Below are positions 17,095 to 27,283 of a stretch of 64,000 nt of DNA, one piece after another. Within the stretch, counting starts at the first letter, position 1. Each line of letters opens with the position of its first letter. Made by a program: the position numbers and the translations under genes. The DNA lies in the NCBI GenBank assembly GCA_963823185.1, contig CAWGKP010000008.1, positions 677,590 to 741,589 on the forward strand. Direction: 5' to 3'. The notes beneath the pieces were generated by a model. That model had not been told where the DNA came from, searched no databases, and saw nothing but the letters and a program-made list of their open reading frames with translations. This DNA is from an uncultured Acidobacteriota bacterium (GTDB lineage Bacteria; Acidobacteriota; Thermoanaerobaculia; UBA5066; Gp7-AA6).

Positions 17095-17808
17095 CTACCC
17101 CAGAGGCAGAAATGGCACTTCCCGCATGAGTCCCGGCGCCTCGCGCGCCATCTCGCGCTCTCGCAGGTGGCCGCGGTCGAGCGTCAGGACGCGCTTGCCC
17201 ATGCGGCGGATGAGCTCGATGTCGTGGGTCGCGACGAGCACCGTCGTGCCGCGGATGTTGATCTCCGCGAAGAGCCGCATGATCTCTTCCGAGAGCACGG
17301 GGTCGAGGTTTCCGGTCGGCTCGTCCGCCAGCAGGAGCGTCGGCTCGTTCACGATGGCGCGCGCGATCGCGACGCGCTGCTGCTCGCCGCCGGAGAGCTC
17401 CTCGGGCAGCGCGTTCATCTGGTGATGGAGGCCTACGCGCTTCAGAACGTGGTACGCGCGGCGCTTCTGTTCGGCGCGCGGCAGCCCGAGCACGTTCTGC
17501 ACGAACGCCACGTTCTCGAAGACGGTCTTGCGGCCGATGAGCTTGAAGTCCTGGAAGACGACGCCGACGGTCCGCCGGAAGTACGGAATCTGCGACGGCG
17601 GCAGGACGCCGATGTTGCGCCCGTTGACGACGATCTGACCCGACGAAGGCGACTCCTCGCGGAAGAGGAGCTTCAGGAACGTCGATTTGCCGGCGCCCGA
17701 AGGCCCCGTCAGGAACACGAACTCGCCGCGGTCGATCATGCACGAGACGTCCGCGAGGGCGTGACGGAAGCGCCCGTAGTCCTTGGAGACGCGGAAGAGC
17801 TGGATCAC
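17095..17808 (-). CDS. ftsE: cell division ATP-binding protein FtsE
   Basis: Walker A GPSGAGKST, LSGGEQQRVAIARA, LLLADEPTGNLD. The GTG at 17808 overlaps the gatB stop (GTGA). The track ORF 17095..18408 is over-extended. Confidence 0.92.
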   Translation of the reverse strand: MIQLFRVSKDYGRFRHALADVSCMIDRGEFVFLTGPSGAGKSTFLKLLFREESPSSGQIVVNGRNIGVLPPSQIPYFRRTVGVVFQDFKLIGRKTVFENVAFVQNVLGLPRAEQKRRAYHVLKRVGLHHQMNALPEELSGGEQQRVAIARAIVNEPTLLLADEPTGNLDPVLSEEIMRLFAEINIRGTTVLVATHDIELIRRMGKRVLTLDRGHLREREMAREAPGLMREVPFLPLG

Positions 17809-19304
17809 GCTTGCGTTTGCCCTCCGGAACCGAGCGCGCGCTCGAGCGCCGCGCGGACGGCGGCCGGATCGGCGCGCCCGCCGGTCTTCTTCATGACCTG
17901 GCCGACGAACCAGCCGAACGTCTGCGTCTTGCCCGACCGGTAGAGGGCGGCCTGAGAGGAATTGGAGGAGACGATCTCGGCGACGATCCCTTCGAGCGCG
18001 CTGGCGTCGGAGATCTTTCCGAGGCCGCGCTGGGCGACGATCTCCTCGGCGGGCGCCGGCGAGTCCATCATCGCGGCGAGGACGTCCTTGGCGGACGCGG
18101 CGGAGATCGCGCCGCTCTCGAGCAGGCGCAGGAGCCCCGCGAGCCGCTCCGGCGTCACGGCGAAGGAGAGCGCGTCCTCCGGAGAGTGCTTGCGTTCCTT
18201 CATCCAGCGGAGGATCTCGCCGGTCGTCCAGTTGGCCGCGGCCTTCGGCGGCGCTCCCGCGGCCACGACCTTCTCGAAGTAGTCGGCGAGCTCGCGGGCC
18301 GAGACGAGCGTTTCCGCGTCGGCCGCCGCGATGCCGTGGCCCGCGACGAACCGCGCCTTTCGCGCCCGCGGCAGCTCCGGCGTGTCCGCGACCGCCTCCG
18401 CGATCCATGCCTCGTCCACGACGAGCGCGCCGAGATCCGGCTCGGGGAAATAGCGGTAGTCGTGCGCCTCTTCCTTGCCCCGCATCGGCGCGGTGCGGCC
18501 GGCGGCGGCGTCCCAGAGCCGCGTCTCGAGGACGATCCGCTCGCCTTGCGCGATCGCCTCGGCCTGACGCTCGATCTCGTACTCGACGGCCTTCGCCACG
18601 AAGCGGATCGAGTTGAGGTTCTTGATCTCGACGCGCGTGCCGAGCGGCGCGGTCTCCGAGGCCCGCACCGAGACGTTCGCGTCGCAGCGCAGGTTCCCCT
18701 TCTCCATGTCGCCGTCGGAAACGCCGGTGTAGCGCAGGAGCCGGCGCAGCTCCGTCAGGTACGACGCGGCCTCCTCGGGCGCGCGGATGTCCGGCTCGCT
18801 CACGATCTCGATCAGCGGAACGCCGGCGCGGTTCCAGTCCACGAGCGTTTCGGTCGGCGGCACGTCGGCGAACGGCGTCTCGTGGAGCGACTTGCCGGCG
18901 TCCTCCTCGAGGTGAACCCGCACGAGGCGGATCTTCCGCGGGCCGTCCGGTCCGTCGATCTCGATCGCGCCGCCCGTGGCGAAGGGCCGGTCGTACTGCG
19001 TGATCTGGTATCCCTTGGGAAGGTCCGGATAGAAGTAGTGCTTGCGCGCGAAGCGCGAGTCGCGGTGGATCTCCGCGCCGACGGCGGAGGCGAAGCGCAG
19101 CGCGAGCGTGACCGCGTGGCGATTCAGGACCGGGAGCGTGCCCGGAAAGCCGAGGCAGATCGGGCAGGTCGCCTCGTTGGCGGGAGCGGCGACCGTGACC
19201 GGACAGCCGCAGAAGATCTTCGAGCGCGTCTGGAGCTGGGCGTGCACCTCGAGCCCGATGACGGGGAAAACCCGCGTCTTTTCAGACGTTTCCACGGGTG
19301 ACAC
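17805..19304 (-). CDS. gatB: Asp-tRNA(Asn)/Glu-tRNA(Gln) amidotransferase subunit B
   Basis: VIGLEVHAQLQTRSKIFCGC, CPICLGFPGTLPVLN and a C-terminal GatB/YqeY domain; 499 aa. Confidence 0.97.
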   Translation of the reverse strand: MSPVETSEKTRVFPVIGLEVHAQLQTRSKIFCGCPVTVAAPANEATCPICLGFPGTLPVLNRHAVTLALRFASAVGAEIHRDSRFARKHYFYPDLPKGYQITQYDRPFATGGAIEIDGPDGPRKIRLVRVHLEEDAGKSLHETPFADVPPTETLVDWNRAGVPLIEIVSEPDIRAPEEAASYLTELRRLLRYTGVSDGDMEKGNLRCDANVSVRASETAPLGTRVEIKNLNSIRFVAKAVEYEIERQAEAIAQGERIVLETRLWDAAAGRTAPMRGKEEAHDYRYFPEPDLGALVVDEAWIAEAVADTPELPRARKARFVAGHGIAAADAETLVSARELADYFEKVVAAGAPPKAAANWTTGEILRWMKERKHSPEDALSFAVTPERLAGLLRLLESGAISAASAKDVLAAMMDSPAPAEEIVAQRGLGKISDASALEGIVAEIVSSNSSQAALYRSGKTQTFGWFVGQVMKKTGGRADPAAVRAALERALGSGGQTQA

Positions 19305-19321
19305 TGTAGAATTCTAGCACG

Positions 19322-20071
19322 ATGATTTCGAGCGACTGGCGCGAGGAGACCGTCCGGGACGTCGTCATGTTCCGACCGGAACCCTTTCCAGCTGACGTTC
19401 TCGTCGCGTTCTCCGGACGCGGCGTCGCACCCGAGGGCGAGCCGTCGCCGACGCGCCATCTCGCGCTGCGGCTCGCGCGTGCGCTCGCGCTCGACGGCAC
19501 GCCGATCGTCCGCGCGACGCAGGTGCACGGCAATCGCGCGGTCGTCGTGCGGAACGCGCCGGCGCGCGGCGACGCAACGGACGCCGGCGAGTGCGACGTG
19601 CTCGCGACCGATCTTCCCGGCGTCGCGCTCGCCGTGCAGACGGCGGACTGCGTCCCGATCCTGCTCTCTTCGGGAACCGCGATTGCGACGGCGCACGCGG
19701 GCTGGCGCGGCACGGCGAAAAACGCAGCCGGATCGGCCGTGGCGGCGCTGCGGGATCTGGGCGCCGACCCGCGCACCGTGCGGGCCTGGCTCGGCCCGTC
19801 GATCGGGCCCTGCTGCTACGAGGTCGGAGGCGAGGTCGCGGCACAGTTCGCCGGTGAGTTCCTGCGCGCCTCCTGCGGCGGGCGGTTTTATCTGAATCTT
19901 CCCGCCGTCAACCGCGCCCAGCTCGAGGCGGCCGGCGTCCCGCGCGAGAACGTCTCCCAGCATCCCGCGTGCACGCGCTGCGGCGGCGAAAAGTACGCGA
20001 GCTATCGAAGGGACGGGGCGAAGGCGGGGAGGATGATCGGGCTCGTGCTCAGACGAGGGACCAGGGACTAA
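19322..20071 (+). CDS. pgeF: peptidoglycan editing factor / purine nucleoside phosphorylase YfiH-PgeF family (DUF152)
   Basis: QVHGN, TADCVPILL, HAGWRGT, CCYEVG, and C-terminal CT.C....Y.SYRRDG motifs. Confidence 0.85.
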   Translation: MISSDWREETVRDVVMFRPEPFPADVLVAFSGRGVAPEGEPSPTRHLALRLARALALDGTPIVRATQVHGNRAVVVRNAPARGDATDAGECDVLATDLPGVALAVQTADCVPILLSSGTAIATAHAGWRGTAKNAAGSAVAALRDLGADPRTVRAWLGPSIGPCCYEVGGEVAAQFAGEFLRASCGGRFYLNLPAVNRAQLEAAGVPRENVSQHPACTRCGGEKYASYRRDGAKAGRMIGLVLRRGTRD

Positions 20072-20132
20072 GGACTCGTTCTGTGGTGGCTGGATGCCTC
20101 AGAAAAATCAGTCCTTAGTCCAAAGTCCGTAG

Positions 20133-22341
20133 TCATGCCAACGTCAGATCCGCGTACCGCGCCACGAACTTCTTCTTGCCGGCGCGGTCGAAATAGACGG
20201 TCAGCCGCGTGTCGTCGCCGGAGCCTTCCTGCGAGAGGATCACGCCGACGCCGTAGCGCGGGTGGCGCACGCGCCGGCCGCGCCGCAGGGCGCCCGACTC
20301 CTCGGGCTCGGCGGCATCGGGTTGCGCATCGAAGTCGTAATGCGACCTCCGTCCGGCGCCCGCCGCGCGGCCCCGAATCCTCGCGATCGAACAGCGTCGA
20401 CCGGAATGACGCGAATCTCGACGGCTTCCCCCGTTCCTCGATCGCGGCCGCCGGCAGCTCCTCGACGAACCGCGACGGCTGGCGGTACTGCACGCGGCCG
20501 TACACGAGGCGCCGGTCCGCGAGCGTCAGCGTGAGCTCGTCTTTTGCGCGCGTCATGCCGACGTAGAGCAGGCGCCGCTCCTCCTCGAGCTCCTCGGGGT
20601 CCTCGGCGGAGTTCCCGTGCGGGAGGAACCCTTCCTCGAGTCCCACGACGAACACGGCCGGGAACTCGAGTCCCTTGGCCGCGTGGAGCGTCGACAGCGT
20701 CACGGCGCCGGCGCGCGTATCCGTGTCCGCATCCGTCGCGAGCGCCACGGCGTCGAGGTAGTCGGCGATCGTCGCGCCTTCCTCGTTCGACCGCTCGAAT
20801 TCGCGCGCGGAAGACAGCAGCTCCTCCAGGTTCTCGCGTCGCGCCACATCCTCCGGCTCCTCGGATCGCTCGTAGAGCGCCGCGTAACCGGTGGCCTGGA
20901 GCAGGTGCTCGAGGAGCGCGGACGGCGTCCAGTCGGCGGCCTTCCCGTGGAGATCCGTCACCACGGCTCGGAAGCGGCCGAGGGCCACGCGGGCGCGCTC
21001 CGTGAGGCCCGGCAGCGGTTCGCCGGACACCTCCCACCAGGACCGCCCCGCCTCCCGCGCGGCGCGCGCCACGATCTCGAGCGTCGCGGACCCGATGCCG
21101 CGCGCCGGGACGTTGACGACGCGCCGGAACGCGAGGTCGTCCTCGGGCCGCAGCGCGAGGCGCAGGTACGCGAGCGCGTCCTTCACTTCGGCGCGTTCGT
21201 AGAACTTCATCCCGCCGTACACGACGTAGGGAATCCGCCGCCGCAGGAGCTCCTCCTCGAACGCCCGCGACTGCGCGTTGGTGCGGTAGAGGACGGCGAC
21301 GTCGGACGGCGGCCGCCCGCTCTCCGACACGGCCCGCGCGATCTCCCCGGCCTCGATCCGGTCCTCCTCGAATCGCCAGAGACGGACGCGCGCGCCCGCG
21401 CCCCGGTCGGCGCGCAGCGCCTTCGGACGGCGGCGGCGATTGTGCGACACGAGAGCCGACGCCGCCTCGAGAATGCCGGCGGTCGAGCGGTAGTTGCGCT
21501 CGAGCGGCACGACGCGCGCGCCGGGGAAGTCGGCGTCGAAGCGCAGGATGTGCTCGACCTCCGCGCCGCGCCACCGGTAGATGGCCTGGTCCTCGTCGCC
21601 CACGGCGCAGAGGGAGTCGGCGCCCTCGCCGAGCAGCTTCACGAGCGCGTCCTGCGCGCCGTTGGTGTCCTGGTACTCGTCGATCAGCAGATGCCGCGTG
21701 CGGCGGCGCTCGGCGGCCAGCACGGCGGATTCCGACCGGAGGAGCCGCACCGGGCGCACGATGAGATCGTCGAAGTCGAGGGCGCCGGAGGCCGACAAGA
21801 GCTTCTCGTACAGCGCGTAGATCCTCGCGATGCGCTCGCTCGCGAAGTCGTCCGCGGACGCCTCGAAGCTCTCGGGGCTCCGCAGGGCGTTCTTCGCCTG
21901 CGAGATCCGTGCGCGCACCGCGCCGGGCGACAGGACCTGCTCCGAAACCCCGGCCTCTCCCATGGCCTGCTTGACGACGGTGAGCTGATCCGCGCTGTCC
22001 GCGATGCCGAAGCGCGGGTCGAGACGCGCCGCCGCGGCGTGCCGCCGGAGGAACCGCACGCCCCAGGAATGGAAGGTGCCGATGAAGGACGCGAGCGCGC
22101 GGCCGCCCAGAAGCCGCAGCGAGCGCTCGCGCATCTCGCGCGCCGCCTTGTTGGTGAAGGTGACGGCCACGATCGTGCGCGGGTCCACGCCCGACTCGAT
22201 CAGGCGCGCCAGCCGGTGCGTGATGACCCGGGTCTTGCCGGAGCCGGCGCCGGCGAGGACGAGCAGCGGCCCCTTCTCGTGGAGGACCGCGGCGCGCTGC
22301 TCGGGATTGAGGCCGGTCAGTGAGGGAGAGTCGTCGGGCAC
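20133..22341 (-). CDS. uvrD: ATP-dependent DNA helicase UvrD/PcrA, with an apparent +1 frame break near the 3' end
   Basis: The N-terminus has LNPEQRAAV and GAGSGKT with a full SF1 helicase core. After ...FDREDSGPRGG the called frame turns into Arg-rich nonsense and runs to 20068. The next frame encodes the canonical C-terminal domain HYDFDAQPD...GRRVRHPRYGVGVILSQEGSGDDTRLTVYFDRAGKKKFVARYADLTLA* ending at 20133. Confidence 0.9.
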
Positions 22342-22362
22342 GAGGGCAAAGCTATCAGCACC

Positions 22363-24195
22363 TCACTCGACCGTCACGCTCTTCGCGAGGTTCCGCGGCT
22401 GATCCACGTCGCAGCCGCGGCGAACGGCCACGTGGTACGCGAGCATCTGCAGCGGGATCACCGACAGGATCGGCTGCAGCTCGGGAATCGTCTCGGGAAT
22501 CACGATGACGTGGTCCGCGATCGCCGAGACGGCGTCGTCGGGCCGCGTGGTGAAGACGATCGCGATGCCGTCGCGCGACTTGACCTCCTGGAGGTTGGAG
22601 AGCGTCTTCTCGCGCCAGCCGTCGTGCGGCGCGAGCACGACCACCGGCAGCTTCTCGTCCACGAGCGCGATCGGACCGTGCTTCATCTCGCCCGCCGGGT
22701 AACCCTCGGCGTGGATGTAGGAGATCTCCTTGAGCTTCAGCGCCCCCTCGAGCGCGACCGGGTAGTGCGGGCCCCGTCCGAGGAAGAGGAAGTCGGTGGC
22801 GCCCTGGTAGCGCTTGGCGAGCTCCTCGAGCTCCGGCTCCGTCGAGAGCGTGCGGCCCGCGGCCGTGGGGAGATGCGCGAGCGCCGTGCGCTCCGTCTCC
22901 GTCAGGCCCCGCTCGAGGCCGCGCGACTCGCGCAGCTTGCCCGCGATCAGGAAGAGGACGGCGAGCTGCGTCGTGAAGGCCTTGGTCGACGCGACGCCGA
23001 TCTCGGGGCCCGCGTGGGTCGGGAAAACGGCATCCGCCATCCGGGCGATCTGGCTGCCGGGCACGTTCACGATGGCGCCGATCGGGGAGCCGGCCCGCCG
23101 CGCCTCGGACAGCGCCGCCACGGTGTCGGCGGTCTCGCCCGACTGCGAGATGCCGATCGTCAGCGTGCGATCAGAGACCACGGGACGCCGGTAGCGGAAC
23201 TCGCTGCCGTAGTCCACCTCGACGGGGATCCGCGCCATGCCTTCGATCAGGAACTTCCCGATGAGCGCCGAATGCCAGGACGTGCCGCACGCGAGGAGCA
23301 GCACGCGGTCGAAATCCTTGACCCGCTCGGGCGAGAGCAGCGGATCCGCCAGCAGGATCTCCCCCGTCCCGAGCGAGACCTTGCCGCCGAGCGTCTCGGC
23401 GATCGCCGTCGGCTGCTCGTGAATCTCCTTGGCCATGAAATGGCGGTAGCCGCCCTTCTCCGCCGCGACGGCGTCCCACAGGATGCGGTGGCGCGGCCGC
23501 TCGAGGTCCTTCCCCGCCCCGTCCACGATGCGCACGCCGCGCGTGTCCACGCGGGCGACGTCGCCGTCCTCGAGGAAGATCACGTCCCGCGTCCATGGCA
23601 CGAGAGCCACGGGATCCGACGCGACGAAGTTCTCGCCCTCGCCGAGACCGAGCACGATCGGAGGTCCCGAGCGCGCGGTCACGAGCACCCCCGGCTCCTC
23701 GCTCGTCGAAACGACGACCGCGTACGCGCCGCGGAGGACGGACGCCGCATGACGCACCGCCTCGAAGAGGTCGCCGCGATACGACGCCTCGACCTCGTGG
23801 GCGAAGACCTCCGTGTCCGTCTCGCTCGAGAACGTGTGGCCGGCCGCGAGGAGCGCCGCCTTGCGCTCCGCGAAGTTCTCGAGGATTCCGTTGTGGATGA
23901 CGACCACCTTGCCCGTGCAGTCGCGGTGCGGGTGCGCGTTGGCCTCGGTCGGCCGCCCGTGCGTGGCCCAGCGCGTGTGGCCGATCCCCGTCGTGCCGCC
24001 GCCTCCGTTCGCCGAGCCGTTGAGCTTCGCGACGAGATTCGAGAGCTTGCCCGGGCTGCGCGAGACGGTGAACCGGCCGTTCGCGAGGGTCGCGATGCCG
24101 GCCGAATCGTAGCCGCGATATTCGAGACGCTTGAGGCCCTCGAGGAGGATCGGAGCCGCTTCCCGGGGACCGACGTAGCCGACGATTCCGCACAT
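22363..24195 (-). CDS. glmS: glutamine--fructose-6-phosphate aminotransferase
   Basis: MCGIVGYVG N-terminal nucleophile, two SIS domains, C-terminal NLAKSVTVE; 610 aa. Confidence 0.98.
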   Translation of the reverse strand: MCGIVGYVGPREAAPILLEGLKRLEYRGYDSAGIATLANGRFTVSRSPGKLSNLVAKLNGSANGGGGTTGIGHTRWATHGRPTEANAHPHRDCTGKVVVIHNGILENFAERKAALLAAGHTFSSETDTEVFAHEVEASYRGDLFEAVRHAASVLRGAYAVVVSTSEEPGVLVTARSGPPIVLGLGEGENFVASDPVALVPWTRDVIFLEDGDVARVDTRGVRIVDGAGKDLERPRHRILWDAVAAEKGGYRHFMAKEIHEQPTAIAETLGGKVSLGTGEILLADPLLSPERVKDFDRVLLLACGTSWHSALIGKFLIEGMARIPVEVDYGSEFRYRRPVVSDRTLTIGISQSGETADTVAALSEARRAGSPIGAIVNVPGSQIARMADAVFPTHAGPEIGVASTKAFTTQLAVLFLIAGKLRESRGLERGLTETERTALAHLPTAAGRTLSTEPELEELAKRYQGATDFLFLGRGPHYPVALEGALKLKEISYIHAEGYPAGEMKHGPIALVDEKLPVVVLAPHDGWREKTLSNLQEVKSRDGIAIVFTTRPDDAVSAIADHVIVIPETIPELQPILSVIPLQMLAYHVAVRRGCDVDQPRNLAKSVTVE

Positions 24196-24201
24196 GGCCG
24201 A

Positions 24202-25716
24202 TTACCCTCCGAGGCGAATCACGCCTTCTGCTTCGATCCGTGTTCCTTGGCCGTGGCCGTGGCCGTCGCCGACCTTCGCCTTGCGCTTCTCGACCCATCC
24301 CTCGATGTTGATCTGCGGCACGCGCGACAGCGCGAGGGCGCCTTCCGGCACGTCCTGCGTGATCGTCGCGCCGGCGCCGACATACGCGCCCTTGCCGACC
24401 GTCACCGGCGCCACGAGCTGGGCGTCGCTGCCGACGAACACGCCCTCGCCGATCGTCGTGCGGTGCTTCCGGGAGCCGTCGTAGTTGCAGGTGATGACGC
24501 CGGCCCCGATGTTGGACCGTGCGCCCACGTCGGCATCTCCGAGGTACGCGAGGTGCTGCGCCTTCACGCCCTCGCGGAGAACCGTGTTCTTCGTCTCGAC
24601 GAAGTTGCCGACCTTCACGTCGGCCTCGAGCACGGACCCGGGGCGCAGGCGCGCGAACGGGCCCACGCGGGCGCGCGGGCCGATCTTCGCGCCGTCCAGA
24701 TCGCAGTGCGGCCCCACGACCGCGCCGGGAGCGAGCGACGAGTCCACGACGTGCGTGAACGGCAGAACCTCGGCTCCCTCGGACACGGTCGTCTCGCCGT
24801 CCAGCCAAACGAACGGGTGCAGGATGGCATCCGCCTCGACGCGCACGCGCGGCCCGAGGCGCGCCGTGAGCGGGTCGAGGACCGTGGCGCCCGAATCGAG
24901 CGCCCGCTCGACGCGCCGGCGCTGCTCGATCTCCTCGGCGGCCGCGAGATCGCGCCGCGTGTTGACTCCCCAGGCCTCGCGCCAGTCCTCGGCGACCCGC
25001 GCGTCCACGCGCCCTCCCGACCCCGCGAGGATCTCGACGACGTCGGTCAGGTAGTACTCCTTCGAGATCGGATCGACGTGCAGCTTCGGAAGCGCGCGCG
25101 CCAGAGCCTCGGCCGCGAAGCAATACACCCCGGCGTTGACCTCGCCGATCCGCCGCTCCTTCTCCGACGCGTTGCGCGCCTCGACGACCCGGCGCACGCG
25201 GCCCCGCGAATCCCGCACGACCCGTCCGAACTCGCCGGCATCCGGCGGGCGGAAGGAGAGGAGCGCGAGGTCGAGGCTCTCCCGACGGCGATGCTCGGCG
25301 AGCGCCGCGAGCGTCTCGGTTCGGAGGAGCGGCGTGTCGCCGGCGAGGACGAAGACGGGGCCCGCGCCGCCGGCGATCTCCGGCAAGGCCTGCGCGACCG
25401 CGTCGCCCGTCCCGCGCGGCGGATCCTGCACGACGAAACGCACCGCACGGCCGTCGAGCGACGCCCGGACCTCCTCGCGTCCGGCGCCGAGCACGACGAT
25501 GACGCGCGAGGGCGAGAGGCTCTCCGCGGCCTCGAGCACGGAGTCGAGGAGCGTGCGGCCGCCGACGCGATGCAGCACCTTCGGCCGCGTCGACCGCATC
25601 CGGGATCCGACGCCCGCCGCGAGAATGATGACGCGGGGAGCACCCTCGGGCCGCGCCGGGGGCTTCCGGCTTCGCTTGCGAGCCGGAGAGACCCGGGGCC
25701 GTCGGGATTTCGTCAC
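24202..25716 (-). CDS. glmU: bifunctional UDP-N-acetylglucosamine diphosphorylase / glucosamine-1-phosphate N-acetyltransferase
   Basis: ILAAGVGSRMRS..PKVLH, left-handed beta-helix hexapeptide repeats in the C-terminal half, and glmU-glmS synteny. The basic N-terminal ~25 aa may or may not be translated. Confidence 0.95.
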   Translation of the reverse strand: MTKSRRPRVSPARKRSRKPPARPEGAPRVIILAAGVGSRMRSTRPKVLHRVGGRTLLDSVLEAAESLSPSRVIVVLGAGREEVRASLDGRAVRFVVQDPPRGTGDAVAQALPEIAGGAGPVFVLAGDTPLLRTETLAALAEHRRRESLDLALLSFRPPDAGEFGRVVRDSRGRVRRVVEARNASEKERRIGEVNAGVYCFAAEALARALPKLHVDPISKEYYLTDVVEILAGSGGRVDARVAEDWREAWGVNTRRDLAAAEEIEQRRRVERALDSGATVLDPLTARLGPRVRVEADAILHPFVWLDGETTVSEGAEVLPFTHVVDSSLAPGAVVGPHCDLDGAKIGPRARVGPFARLRPGSVLEADVKVGNFVETKNTVLREGVKAQHLAYLGDADVGARSNIGAGVITCNYDGSRKHRTTIGEGVFVGSDAQLVAPVTVGKGAYVGAGATITQDVPEGALALSRVPQINIEGWVEKRKAKVGDGHGHGQGTRIEAEGVIRLGG

Positions 25717-25765
25717 GAAGGAACCCGTTTTGTCGGCTGGCCGCCTCGCGGCGGCGCGCCGCCCT

Positions 25766-26434
25766 TTACGATGCGAGCAGCTCCTGAAACTCCGGCGTGT
25801 CGCGGACCGGATCGAAGTCGCTGTCGTGGCGCGCCAGGATTCGGTTGCTCCGATCTTCTTCGATGGCGCGCTTCAGGTGCTCGATGGCCGTGTCCCGCTC
25901 GCCGTTCTGGGCGTAGCAGCACGCGAGGAGGAAATCCACCTTGCCGCCGCCGTTCTTCTTCGCCGCGCGCTTGAGGTGCTCGATCGCCTCGGAGACCTCG
26001 CCGCGATTCTTCGCGAGCACGGCGGCGTAGTAGAAGTCCTCCGGTTCGATCAGGGCCGGCGCCCCGGCGCGCTTCTGCCGCTCGCAGACGGCCAGATACA
26101 CGCGGGCGCGATCCACCAGCTCCTTTTCTTCGGGATATTTCTGGACGAGCTCGAGAAAATGCCGCTCGGCGTCGTCGCTCTTCTTGCGCTGGAGGGCGGA
26201 GACGCCGCGGTCGAATTCCTTGCGGGCGCTCTCCGCGAGACGGGACAGCTCCCTGAGGGTCTGCGCCTTGCGCGCCGCCGGCGCCTCCGCGCCGCCGGTC
26301 AGGCCCAGCTTCTCCATCTTCTTTTCGAGCTCGTCGATGCGCACCGAGACGACGTCCGCCAGGGCTTGAATGCTCATCTTCCCGGCGTTGTCTCTCAGAA
26401 ACCGGAGTTCCGCTTCGGTCCAGCGTTTTGACAT
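25766..26434 (-). CDS. TPR-like repeat protein, unknown function
   Basis: 222-aa ORF with good coding character and helical repeat stretches (AERHFLELVQKYPE, EAIEHLKRAAKK, AIEHLKRAIEED). No catalytic motif recognised. Confidence 0.5.
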   Translation of the reverse strand: MSKRWTEAELRFLRDNAGKMSIQALADVVSVRIDELEKKMEKLGLTGGAEAPAARKAQTLRELSRLAESARKEFDRGVSALQRKKSDDAERHFLELVQKYPEEKELVDRARVYLAVCERQKRAGAPALIEPEDFYYAAVLAKNRGEVSEAIEHLKRAAKKNGGGKVDFLLACCYAQNGERDTAIEHLKRAIEEDRSNRILARHDSDFDPVRDTPEFQELLAS

Positions 26435-26571
26435 CGTACAAATCCTCCCGGGGGGTTGCGAGAAAAACGGCGTATTTTAGGAGCCGGCGGCAGTCCTGTC
26501 AAATACGCGCGAGAGCCGCCGCGGAATGCCCGCCGGTGCGCCGGCGTTTTTCGGCACTGGAGACCCGGCTG

Positions 26572-26859
26572 ATGAAGAAGACGATCCGCACTCTGGCGAC
26601 TCTCGCCGTCCTCGCGGCCGCATTCGCGGGTCCGGCGGAGGCCGCGGACCGCTCCCAGACGGTCAGCGGGACGATTTCCAGGCTCGACGCCGAACACCAG
26701 ACGCTGGTCGTCAGGGTCGCCTCGGAGGAGCTGACCCTGGTCTGGAACGCCGAGACGCGCTTCAACGGCGTCCTGACGCCCGGCGCGAAGGTCACCGTGC
26801 GCTACGGAACCCAGCCCGACGGCCGGAATCTCGCCTACCAGATCTCGGTGGGAAAGTAG
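26572..26859 (+). CDS. small secreted protein (signal peptide + ~70 aa beta-rich domain)
   Basis: MKKTIRTLATLAVLAAAFAGPAEA signal peptide. The ATG at 26572 lies in frame inside track ORF 26428..26859. Confidence 0.5.
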   Translation: MKKTIRTLATLAVLAAAFAGPAEAADRSQTVSGTISRLDAEHQTLVVRVASEELTLVWNAETRFNGVLTPGAKVTVRYGTQPDGRNLAYQISVGK

Positions 26860-27004
26860 CGCTTTCGCGCGGCCGCGCGAGGACTCGTCTCGGCGGGCCG
26901 CCGGCCCAGCGGCGCGGCCGCAAAGAGAGTTTTCAAGGCATTTCGGCGAAAGGCTCTTTGCTAGAATCCGTCTCCCTCGAATAGAGCGACAGGAGGATCA
27001 ATTC

Positions 27005-27274
27005 ATGGGCATGTACATCATCGCGGAGCCGTGCATCGGAACGAAGGACACGGCGTGCGTCGATGTTTGTCCGGTCGACTGCATTCACCCGCGCAAGGAC
27101 GAAGCCGACTTCGCGGCGGCGGAGATGCTCTACATCGATCCCGACGTCTGCATCCAGTGCGGCAACTGCGAGCCGGCCTGTCCCGTGACCGCCATCTTCA
27201 CCGAGGAGACGATCCCGGAGAAGTGGAAGCACTTCCAGCAGATCAACGCGGACTGGTACAAGAACCGGAAGTAG
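27005..27274 (+). CDS. ferredoxin (7Fe-type, 3Fe-4S + 4Fe-4S motif spacing)
   Basis: CIGTKDTACVDVCP and CIQCGNCEPACP cysteine motifs, with AGGAGG upstream of the start. Confidence 0.9.
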   Translation: MGMYIIAEPCIGTKDTACVDVCPVDCIHPRKDEADFAAAEMLYIDPDVCIQCGNCEPACPVTAIFTEETIPEKWKHFQQINADWYKNRK

Positions 27275-27283
27275 CGCGCCCCG

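Noticed and set aside
20065-20121. Perfect 12-bp inverted repeat (ggactaaggact ... agtccttagtcc) between convergent pgeF and uvrD as a bidirectional intrinsic terminator.
   Set aside because: The loop is about 33 nt and there is no U-tract on either strand, so it does not meet intrinsic-terminator criteria. It may still be a protein-binding or RNA-processing site, but I cannot support a call.
22432-25974. Very long ORFs (for example 1180 aa at 22432-25974 +, 1019 aa at 56246-59305 +, 928 aa at 8089-10875 +, 699 aa at 61582-63681 -, 537 aa at 131-1744 +) rich in Arg/Gly/Pro/Asp/Glu.
   Set aside because: They lie antisense to, or out of frame with, genes that have unmistakable family signatures (glmS/glmU, GT2, kinase, STT3-like, glyA). 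Their low-complexity composition is what a ~70% GC genome produces in non-coding frames, so they are shadow ORFs.
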